Assembly: GCA_028023455.1 (NCBI GenBank)
Contig: JAQFVV010000009.1
Coordinates: 14,880,001 to 14,944,000, forward strand
Length of the DNA: 64,000 nt
Direction of reading: 5' to 3'
From: Epiperipatus broadwayi
Taxonomy: Eukaryota; Animalia; Onychophora
The position numbers and the translations under genes are program-made. Position 1 is the stretch's first letter. Every line of letters begins with the position of its first letter. This document shows positions 53,176 through 64,000 of the stretch, piece by piece. Under the pieces are notes generated by a model. The model did not search any database. It was not told the origin of the DNA and was given only the letters and a program-made list of their open reading frames with translations.

Positions 53176-55949
53176 GGTTCTATTACATTGATACTTATAA
53201 ATCATGCACATGATATTCATATCCATTCATAAAATATTTGGCAAATACATACAGAAGGCTTTCTTAAACACAGTGTGAAGTGACATTTTGCCATTGATGA
53301 TAACTTTGATCAATTGTATATTACCGCTATCTTATGTAAATATTAGTAATACGATATAAAATAAAATAAATTAAAAAAAGTAAAGTAAAATAAAGAAAAT
53401 GACAATAAAAATTAGAAAGATTCATTTTCTACTTATGAACTTGTAAGGTGTTTTAATGCAAGAAGTGTGATCAATAAATGAAAATGTTAAATTTAATTTC
53501 AGAAAATTCTTCTATAATTTTCTATAAGTATGTCACCAAACAAAATAATAAATAAATAAAGTGAGACTATAACAAAGTATACATGTAATTACAATTTAAC
53601 TTGTAATATGATAAATTTTATTTAAAAATATGGAGAGAAAATATTTCATAGAACCTTATAACAAACATATGATTATTTTGATATGGTTAACTGAGAAAAG
53701 TGAATATAGATTTACAGAAAACAAAAACCATCTGACTTCTCTTTAAATATGTAAGCAGAAAATTTCTTAAATGACACTGGGTGGATATGTTGCCAGGGTG
53801 GTAATTATTTTCAAAATAATTGGCTTTTCACTAATGAAGACAAATGATATATAATATAGATATCGGTATAAAATCTTTTTACTGCACTTAGGATTAAAGT
53901 GATAATAATATTTGCTTGATGTGCATTATGTAAATAAAAAAAAATATAAAATAACAAAAAAAGATGGTAATGAAGCTAAAAAGAGAAACTTAAAAACTAA
54001 GAAATGCATATGAAAACAATTTTAAAATGGAAAAACATGAAGCCAAATGTCAAAAGTTAGAATTGAAAAAGAAAGAAAGAAAAGTGATGCTTAATTATAA
54101 ATTCATATTTGATGTGCAATATTTCCTAGCATAGTTATAAATGAAATTACAATAGGCTTCTGGAAAACTACTACTACTATTATTATTATCATCATCATTA
54201 TTATTATTACTATTATTATTAAAAAGTATTGTAAAGGCACATTATTTAATCTTATAATGTATCAAAAGTTTAAATGATTATCTATAAATACAAAAGTTAA
54301 TGAAAATAATTAATGTTGGGAAACAAGAATCTTTTTCCTTAAAAAAATAAACCTAGACTAACAAGAGAAACTACAGAATAATCCATCAGCAATATAAAAT
54401 AGAAAATAATATTTACATGAGTAAATATCTAAATGAGTTCTTTTAGTTTGCCCATAATTTTAGGATTTGAACAAAATAAAGAAAACATCTACAAGATTAG
54501 CACTATATTTTTGATGTTTTGTAGAAATGAAATGAAAATATATTATGACATTTTTTGTGGCAGAATTTTAAAAAACTGGTGAAGAGAAAATGAATGACAT
54601 TTTTATGAATCTGTGAAAAGAAATGTTGAAGAGATGCAAAATCATTATTCTGTGAAAAAAAAAAACTTTTCTTCAACTGCATTGCTTTTTTCACTTTTTT
54701 CTCATTATTTAGTTTATAATCTTTATCAGGCCAGTCTAACATTTGTCAAAAGCTTGATTATCTTGAGCAATAATATTCAAACTATTTAAATACTTAATAG
54801 TTTATAATAATTATATTACTTTAATAGTTTATAATAGAAAATTTCAGTAATGGTGACTGCATCTAATAAAAATAAAGAAGAAATTCTCTTAGAACTAGGC
54901 CTGGAAATCATTGATTGAAATTACAAAAGTCTGATAGACATTATAAGAAAGTATAGTCAAAAAGTATAAAGCCATATTGAAATAAATTATTAAAGATTTT
55001 GAAATACCCCAGCAACACTTCAGTATTGATTGAAAACAACCCATTGTGAACTTCACAATCAGAATATTTATGTTCAATCTGTTATTTTGAAGGCATTAGT
55101 TTTAATATAATAATTATAATATAGAATTTGTGCTCTCATAAGCACAAGCATTAGTCAAAACACTGGAAGGCACATCAATCACATATCCATTTATCTTTTA
55201 TAATGTAGAAAAATTTTGTCTACAAATTGCCAAATAAAAATGATATTTTTCTTCATCTAAAAAATATGGCAATAAATTTCTGTTTGACTTGGTCAATTGT
55301 TTATAATATTTTATTGATAAAGTTATTATTCTCCGTAAATGCATCCATAGCTGTAGTTTAATTTAACAGTTTGGAAGACTAGATCTATACCATAATGCAT
55401 TATTATCTTCTAAGATAATAATGTTCTAATAAGGATTTGATAAAAATAATAATAATATTCATTTCTCTTGGTCTTATTGATTTTCTTGACCTGCATGGTT
55501 TAAAATAGTCAAGAAGATGGCAGATTCAAAAGTCTAGGGTTTTAGCTTGATTTCCAAATAAAGGAAAATATTTAAAAAAATCTTAATTTGGTTAAATGAA
55601 TAAAACTTTTGTACACATTCTGACATTTTGATACTCAAGCAATGTCCTGAGTTAAATATTATTGACAAATTATGAATTATTTTTTAAGAATAAATAAAAA
55701 GCCAATGGTTTTTTTTTTTTCAAAAAGGTTTATTAGACTTTGAATTTACATGTTTACACACAGTGATAAACTAAATTTATTTATGATTCACAATGCATAT
55801 TTTGATTTTAATGTAATTTTACAACATAGAACTTCATTATCTCAGAATAAATTTTTAAACCGACATGCTCACATGATATGATATACAATGATATACTTAT
55901 GATATTGATATTAGTAAGCACACTATGTTACCACCAAATGACAAAAAAT

Positions 55950-58460
55950 AATAGTCATTTTTATCAGTCACCCAAATCCATTCAATGATTGACTGTTGAC
56001 CATAGACCCACATTAAAAAATCCAAGTAGAAAGTTATTTCTAACTCAAACCTGGATTCCAATGGCTAAAATTCCCAAAGATTTGCAAGTCCAAACAGTAA
56101 GAATCCATAAAAAAAAAATCTATCCATACATGTTCCATGACTGGCATCAGTAAAATTCTCACTGTTAAGGCCCTTCTCTGAGGTGCAATAGACCACTTAG
56201 TCATCTCAGGGTAAATTACATGCTGAAGCGTTTCTTCCATAATTACCATATCCTTAATTAAAATTCTTAGATAACTCTGCTATGACTCACATTTAATATC
56301 TTCAACTTCTATATCTGAAGTGATGACAAGTTGTAACCAGACTTCAAATCTGTGCTGCCCCTATCATTAGGTATCTATTTTGGTCAAAGTAAACACTGAA
56401 ATCTGTTTTGTCTAGCTCATCAAGACCTGTGTTTTCTAGATTGTCCAGCTAGATTCAAATTGTCAATTTCACATTTCTTATTTTCTAAATCCTTATCATG
56501 AAGATGTCCATCACTTTGTGCTGCTTCAGGAATCTCCAGAAGGATCATTGTCTGATCTATGAATTCATTGTTCTTTAACATCAGCATCTGAGCAGAATTC
56601 TCCTCCATACTATCAGAGACAGGTGTGGCACAATTGACTTTTCATCATAGATGCTGATCTTATATTACTTTTTTTTTATATTCCTGTCCAGAAAATCAGC
56701 ATCAGAGAAACTCTTAGTTGATTTTTCTATCTTTTGAACTACTGAATTGCAAAGGGAGTTACTGGTATTCCTTTTTTGGGTGGCTGGTCTTTCTCTTACT
56801 TTTGGCAATGCTCATGACTGCAGACTCCATTAACATCATGTCAGAGTCTGAATCTGCGCCAGAATTCATAGATGCTCAGGGAGTTTTCTCCAATGACTGT
56901 GGAATGATGTGAATCATTTGTTCAGGCTGTGATAATTCCAGATTAGTTGTTTGTGACTGTTTTCTTTTTTCTTGATTTGATATAAAGTGTTGCTTCTCTT
57001 GTGTAGACCCAGAAATATAGTTATGTAATTTAGTCTTCCGAAACTTACAATTCAGACATATTCTAGAGAGACTATCCCTGACAAGGTTATCCCTCAATAT
57101 GCAGTGGAAGCACTGTGGCAGTACACCCCAAAAAGATATTATTAGAGGGGCTGACACTGCACAGTGGATTATGGGGATGTCTGTAGGTGATACTACCTTA
57201 TTAAGGGTAATTGAAAAGAGCACAGAATTTGTAAGTACATGAAAGTTTGTACTTTTTTCAAGGACATACCTAAAGTTTAATATTACTCCATAGGGTCTGA
57301 GGATTTTCTGAAAATCCAAATTGATTAATCAATTAGATAACAATTTCAAATATGGCCAGTCAATATCACCAGCCTATTCATGTCAATTGTACATAAGATT
57401 TTGTTATCAAAAAATTTCATCACCCCTTGGAATATTTGCTTCCGAGTGGGATTGTGAAATTCCACAATTACATAACGGTTGTTTGGATGATGTAGTATTT
57501 TGTACACATGAATCCATAAATTTTTTGCTGTGATTTGGCTACTGAATTTATCTATTGGAAAGATAAAATAAGTCTTTATTTTGATTGTTGATAGAAAAAT
57601 TCACGTAACTTAAAAAAAATCAATGTAATTGCAGTGGAATAGTAGAGTCGAAATCATCAATAATGTTAGTTAACTCCACTTGATCCAGCCTTGGAAGAGA
57701 TATGTCTGAATCAGGCACCCCATTTTGAGGGATGACTGGACAGTCATTCTCCAGCATATTGAAAATATCAGGCATATTTTGTGAATTATAACAAGAAAAA
57801 GAGATGCTCCTATTATTAAAATTTTGTAAATTTTAGCATATATTTTGTTGTCATCTATATTTTAATGAAGACTCTGACTGACAAAGGATGTGGACTTATT
57901 AGAGAATTAGTATTAAAATTATATATATATATCTTTTATAGGATTAATACGGGTTTTTTTGTTAAAAAGATAAGATTTTTCTTACTTTTAGAAAATAAAT
58001 CAGGAAAATGCTCTGTCCTCAGGCCCTCTTCCCTGTGTTCCAAACTGGTTGGTTTGCCTCTATCAGACAAAATTTTGTTCTTTTGAGGTAATTTTCCATT
58101 CATATCTTTATTCTCAATGTAACTTTTGATGTTTTTCATTGATTTTTCCAATATTATCTTGAGCCCTTTGCTGTATTATCAGCTATAATTCTTGCTTGAA
58201 CAATCTCTCTGGAGATCAAAATTTTAGGAAGATCATTGCAAAATTGGAGAACTAAGTTGTGGAAGGTTGGTCTATGGATATATCAAATTTTTCATTCATG
58301 GAAATTATTGGTTTTACAGATAATTCTTTTTTTCCTTGGAAATTTTTTTGATTTCTTAGATTTACAAAATGTCTTCCAAGTTTCTCTCTAGATTCTGTAT
58401 ATTAGAACTTGAATCTCTTTCAATTCCTTGGTTAAGTGTATCAACAAAATTCATCCTTCA
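55950..58460 (-). mobile_element. Degraded L1/Tx1-type ORF1 (RRM-like region plus zinc knuckles), possibly with the first codons of ORF2
   Basis: ORF 56876..57319 reads ILRPYGVILNFRYVLEKST...IPIIHC...ISFWGVLPQCFHC...RICLNC, fitting the Tx1 ORF1 pattern L..YG.V...IP..I.....V.Y.GQP..CF.C...GH....C. An S/D/E-rich tail follows, then an FNVG-like start near 55990. Confidence 0.7.
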
Positions 58461-59190
58461 CATGAAAGGAAGAACAGTGTTTAAAGAACAAAACCCTGAG
58501 GTTTTTAATAAAGAAAACAAATATTTTGATAAAGACTAATACTTTCATCAGCTCAAGAAAAGAATACTGAAGCAATGGATCTGAAGCCCGATCCATGCTT
58601 CACATCTTCCTATAAACTTAATTAGTATTGTAGACCTGAATTAAGTTTATAGTTCAATATCAGCAGGGTTTTGCATTAGAGTTAAAAATAATTATGCTTA
58701 TCAAATGTGTATTACATTTAAATATTTTGTTTTAAATAAATTTCATTCTATTAATAAAAATTGCTTAACCTATTAGTCAAACATATATATACATCTAGCG
58801 TATATATATGAGTTAATGCAAAATTCTGCTGAAATAAAATGCTTATTCTACTATAAAAAAATAATAATATATTGTTGTTAAAATTTTGTTAAAATATTTA
58901 GTATGATTTGATTTTGAGATAAGCCCACCAACATTTTCTAAAAGAATGTATATTTTTAATTAGTTAAGCCCATTCAAGTCAAATTAAAGATGGCCTTCTC
59001 TTTCTTTCTTTTTAATTAATAGAATTCAAACTTTAAAGAAAGAAATTTAGAGTAAAAAAGTAAAAGTTATTTTTAGAAAATGTTATTTTGAAACAAAGGA
59101 GCATGGGGAGGCTTATCAAGATCTCAGATCATACAAACAATAGAAGGTAGCTGACAGAGAGGGTATAAATAGAAGTGAGAACAAAAGACT

Positions 59191-59390
59191 AGATTATTCA
59201 GATTTTTCCTTTTGAAGGATTCAGATTATTCAGACTTTTCCTTTTGAAGGATTCAGTATTCAGATTTTTCCTTTGGAAGGATTCAGATTATTCAGATTTC
59301 TCCTTTGGAAGGATTCAGATTATTCAGATTTTCCTTTTGAAGGATTCCGTTGATTCAGATTTTGCTTTTGAAGGATTCATTCAGAGTTTT
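59191..59390. repeat. Minisatellite, ~6 copies of a 30-32-bp unit (agattattcagatttttccttttgaaggattc)
   Basis: Seen directly; no spacers. Confidence 0.95.
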
Positions 59391-62100
59391 CTTGCTGGTT
59401 ATTCCAAGTTTTCTTGAGAGTGCATTCATATTTCTTTTTGGAGAACTCTCTCCGATTTGCTTCACATTTAGCTTGTGCTCCAAAAAAGTTATACAGCTGT
59501 CGTTTTCAAATAATGGAGAAGTTTGAACATGCTCCAGTTAAAAGCCATAGTATTTTGAAGGAAATGAATATGCTCGGCTAGGCAAATAAATAGCTTTGCC
59601 TATCGCCGAGGTTCCTGAATACCACCCAAAATGCCATAGTATCCACTCAATCGTCATCTGAACTCTGTGCCGTGTCTGGAGAACTTTTCGTGAAACCATA
59701 CTACATTTTTTCATTGTCCGGACAAATACCTGTCGACGGTCGGATCAAGCCACGAACGCCGTAGGGAACATGACCAAGGAAAAAGGACGGTAATCGTATC
59801 TCCTCTATTGAACTATTTCTTATGCTACCTTTTGTTCATATTTTTTTTTAATTGCTTCATTGAATTATATGTATTTGTTGATGTAACCATTTTTATTAGA
59901 CTAGTCTTAATTATATATATTGTGTGATCATCTATCTATATTTAACCTTTTTTTTTCCTTCGCTATTCTTCCTTACTAACCTGTGTAAATATTTAATATT
60001 CCATTGCGGTTAAGTTTAATAGTTAATTTTTGTTCATTTAAAATCTCTTTCCAGTTTTATTTATGTTTGTTAATTAAATACGAGTCAGTTTCTTTTGTGT
60101 GCCAACTTGATCTCTATGATAACGCCTCTTTTGTCCGCCATTAGCTTTACGTATATCTGATTTAACTATATACGTTTTAAATAATTTTTAAACACTGTTT
60201 GTAGCGCAAAGCAATTAGAAATGCTTTGCGAAAGATTCTTTTTTTATCGTACTTTATCGAGAAGATCGAGTTGACAATTTTATTAAAATTGGGAAAAGAT
60301 TTAGACCGCAAACCTATTAATCCGTTTTTATTGTCTAATTAGTTTGTTTCATTAATTTAGAGGAATAGCGGAGGCCATTAAATCATTATTCATATTTTAA
60401 AGCCATTAATTAAACATATTATTTAACTATCAAAAGCTTGAGTTTCCTAATTTTATTATAATGCTTTATTTTACTTTTCTAATGATCCAGGCACGCAAAA
60501 CACATATTTCTTAGTACTTTTGCACATTTAACTATTTAGTTCCGTAAGTTTCCTGTCCATGTTTCTTTCCGCTGATGCTAAGCTGTCGCCGGTTGAAAAA
60601 TAATTTATGCATGGCTCAGATAGTGTTGTTTGTTTGTGATCAGGCCTCGAGAATAGGCGAATGGGCAGAGGTCATAGTATTCTTGATTTAATATCTCGCG
60701 TATGGGTGGCCTTGAGGTACTTTCGCCTAGTATTCGAACTGGGTTAAACCAACATACATCATCTGACTGTCACAGTAGATTTTTTTTTCTCCGTATTCTG
60801 TCGACCAACGTGGGCCGAATTTCATTTTTTATGGGAAGAATAGGAATAGGGTATTTGAAAATATAGGTAGACGTATAAGAATTTTTTTTTTCTCCGTATT
60901 CTGGACGCCCATCGTGTGTCTATTCGAAATTTACATACCCTGCAATGCCCTGTATAACATTTGTATGGGTGTATAATGTTTTTTACTTTCTTCTGTTTTA
61001 AATTAATGAATAATATATATGTAGATTTTTTTCCCGGGTTTGTACGCATATATATAATGTTTTTTTAAATAACACGAAATAATTGTTAGTTATACGTAAA
61101 ATTTTTTGCTTCTAGTTGGTCGCAGTGGGACGTATGTCATTTTTTAAAAAAAAAATTAGTACCCTGAGAAGTTAGTTTTAGTTGAATATATTTATATAAA
61201 AATAATATATGTATAATTTTTCCAAGTTTGTTTCCTAATGTGAGCCAAATGTCATTTTTTTTAATTAATTAAAAAGTTAAATGTGTCTATAAGGTAAAAA
61301 AAAAAAATTTTTTTCCCCGAGTTTTAAATTGCTAAAATGAATGTTTTACGTTTAGAAAAGTTAACACTCCGTTAGTTGTTTTTTTTTATATATATATAAG
61401 GAGAATAAAATATCAGAGTTATAGAAATTTTTTTTTCCGAATGAGTAGTTTTGTCATGGCCAGTCGCCATATTGTTGTTTGTCTTATAAAGTATATCGCT
61501 TCGATGAGGCGGAAGTGTCAAATATATACCCACCCGCCCTCCCTTAAAATAGCTTTCGTACTTTATGTTACTTTAGTACTACTTAAACATGAGAAGTTTT
61601 GAAATAATAATGTTTTTCGAAATATAACATATATACGATAGTGTTAATATTTTAGTAAAAATTACAAATAGATAATAAAAAAAATTTTCCGTTTGTATAA
61701 ATTTTTGTGAAGATCTAAGAGATAACATTTTTCCATTAATAGAAAGTTTTTCGAAGATCAAAAAGTTTTGATAAGTTCAAATTAACACGTGTCAACATAC
61801 GGTGTTAGCAAATATTTTTCTCACTTTCTCTGCGTTTCGTTTTTATATATAATGAATAATTTTAATCATGCAAAATTTTTTTTTTACTTTTAAATATTTT
61901 GCAGTTACGTTTCCTCGCAAATATATAAGTATAAGTTTCGTAAATATCAAATTTAATTTTCAACTTAATACAAAGTAAATGCGTATGTTCGTTTAATAAA
62001 TATATATATGAAAGTATTTTTGCATAACATATATGTCAGCCACCTTTAGTTAAGATTTTTTTTTCTTCTCTCAATTCGGATTATGCTATTGAATCATTTA

Positions 62101-62212
62101 TTGAGTAACCGTTAGGTGAAGACCCTTTGAGTAACCGTTAGGTGAAGCCCTTGTTTTTTAGTAACCATGTTTGGTGAAGACCCTTAGAGTAACCGTTTAG
62201 GTGAAGACCCCT
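62101..62212. repeat. 4 copies of a ~26-bp unit (ttgagtaaccgttaggtgaagaccct)
   Basis: Seen directly. Confidence 0.95.
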
Positions 62213-62216
62213 TACA

Positions 62217-62309
62217 TTGTAGAGTTCTCGATTGCTGTGTAGCCTGAAATAATAGGTCTATGTCCGCAATCATTGCTTCCTTGTCATAGTTGCGACCAGC
62301 GTTTACTAG
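62217..62309 (-). CDS. Candidate internal coding exon, product unknown
   Basis: Flanked by attatttcAG and GTaagg. Open frame LVNAGRNYDKEAMIADIDLLFQATQQSRTLQ. No family recognised. Confidence 0.3.
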
Positions 62310-63204
62310 CCTGAAATAATAGGAGTATGCGGTCCGCAATATGATGAATCTTTCTAAGAAAATCATGTACATAATAATAAAAGAAATATTTGTATAGGTA
62401 TATCTGTTTGTATATTTATATGTAGTCATATATATGCTTATTTAATGATGTACATATTCATATATATGGGTGTATATGGTATACACTTCGTTATAGTTCG
62501 GTAAAACCCGTTTTTATATAAATGTTTTTTGAAACAGTTTTTGATCTCAATGCGTGATTCTGTAAAATTGCGTGATAATTGTTAATCTATTTCGGGTGTG
62601 ACCAAAATGGTAGTTGGTTTCGATCCCAGGTTCATAATTCGGAGTGGCGGTTATCATGGGATTTTACTTTTATTTTAATTGTTTTTTGTATTAATATTTT
62701 GTTTTGTTAATCGTACTTTAGGCTGGTTAAATTTTTTTTCTGTCTTGACCAAAATGGTAGCGTGGTTTCGAACCCAGGTCAGACATGTTACCTTACTTAG
62801 TTGTTATACGTCTTAGACTTAATTAATATTGTCATTTAAAATACCATTTACTGATTCATGCAGAGATTTTTTTTGAAAGTGAAGTGAAAATCAAAATAAA
62901 TTGTAATCGCATTAAACTTTATAAACCTTATCAATGTGTGCTTGGATCATTATCCATTAATATGTATATTTGATATGGCCATTGTCTTGTCGACTGGCGC
63001 CCTTCTCAAATAAATTTGTCGGCAAGTGCAATCTCTCATATCGGATATCAAATAAACCAAACTATAGTAGATGATCAAAATAACAATGTATGCTTAGTGA
63101 GCCAAAATAATTTTTAAACATGACTTATGTATATTTTGCTCACATATTTCTTTTATATATATATATACTTGTATTAATGTAAATGCATTTTTTAGTTGTT
63201 TCAG

Positions 63205-63229
63205 GTGTCAGAGAAAGCCAGGTCAAGCT
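63205..63229 (+). other. Candidate 25-nt exon, probably 5'UTR
   Basis: ttagttgtttcAG | gtgtcagagaaagccaggtcaagct | GTAAGT: strong acceptor and donor. Confidence 0.45.
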
Positions 63230-63658
63230 GTAAGTGTGTTATTTTAATTATATTGGGACAAAATAGCAGTGATATTTTAATGAAATATAACAATAAATAA
63301 AGTGAGGAGACTAATATGTAGTATAAATATTAAAGACAGACACGGCAGGATTTTATATATATATATTTTCATGTACAAACAGATACATATAGGCATAGGG
63401 TTAAGATAGGACCTCGTGAGGTAGGCAAAGTTAATTTCTGAAAACATAAATAAAACAGATAGTTATACAAAATAAAGAACTTAGAATACTGACTTAGTTA
63501 TAATTTTAGAAAGAAGTAAAAAATTTTTTGATATACAGAAGGATATAGCTCCTAGATATACGTGATATAATATACTTATCTAGTTTATAAAAGACTAAAA
63601 TAAGTTTTATAAATAAGGTGTGTTTGTTGTCTAGCAAAATAGCCAATATTAGGCAAAA

Positions 63659-64000
63659 ATGGACCAACAGAAGAAAGACGAACATGACAGCGATGAGGAG
63701 GTAGTGCTCAACCTTCCAAATACGGCAACGTGCAGTGACCAAAAATACAATTTGGAAGATCTCGTCAAAGAAATGAGAGATGAAAATGTTGCAAGAATTT
63801 ATGAATATCACATCGCAAAGATTGAACCGTTTGGAGGCACATATGGAACTCCATCAAGAACGGAGTATTGTAACAGAAGCATCACCAGAAGATGATACTC
63901 AAAATCAAGATGACACTGATATGAAATCATCGAGTGATTATGAATCAGGTGAAGCCACTCACCAGTCGGATTTCTCTGGACAAATGAATGAGGAGAGTAA
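63659..64000 (+). CDS. N-terminus of an acidic, S/D/E-rich protein of unknown family (one frameshift near 63870; runs off the window)
   Basis: aaaaATGg start, then MDQQKKDEHDSDEEVVLNLPNT...; after a shift the frame continues SIVTEASPEDDTQNQDDTDMKSSSDYESGEATHQSDFSGQMNEES to the window end. There is a candidate acceptor tttgttgtctAG at ~63634. Confidence 0.5.

Noticed and set aside
54890-55400. Minus-strand Cys-containing fragments (HNGLFSINTEVLL) as a CxC/KDZ transposase
   Set aside because: Only a vague motif resemblance with many stops; this needs a profile search.
59400-59800. Minus-strand frame MTIEWILWHFGWYSG... as a LINE RNase H
   Set aside because: The resemblance to W(V/I)PGH.GI.GNE.AD is too weak and the catalytic residues are absent.
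59191-62212. 30-32-bp and 26-bp repeats as possible CRISPR arrays
   Set aside because: The units are head-to-tail with no unique spacers, the context is eukaryotic, and there are no cas genes.

Overview
This is a very AT-rich eukaryotic window, probably from an invertebrate animal. It is mostly decayed transposable elements, and I could not confidently identify any intact host protein-coding gene. Recognisable pieces are: Penelope-like element (PLE) remnants (one RT fragment, two GIY-YIG fragments); a full-length, 8-bp-TSD-flanked hAT element with a dead GTF2IRD2/Charlie-type transposase; a pogo/Tigger-like TIR element; several MITE/foldback elements; two APE-RT LINEs of the CR1/L2/Jockey group; L1/Tx1-type ORF1 and ORF2 remnants; tRNA-like SINE heads; microsatellites; and a ~220-bp G tract. 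CpG looks strongly depleted by eye, and CG>TG/CA decay is visible between arms of the same palindrome. Two blocks keep their CpGs: ~31.7-33.2 kb and ~59.4-64 kb. The most interesting signal is a set of about nine minimal type-I hammerhead-ribozyme-like motifs from at least four sequence families, each with a palindromic helix III. Most lie inside inverted-repeat elements. Across copies the core 3-8 pair varies as C-G, U-A and A-U. The right-hand CpG-retaining block contains unexplained tandem repeats, a long hairpin and candidate divergent spliced genes. All calls were made by eye; the internal coordinates of degraded elements are approximate.
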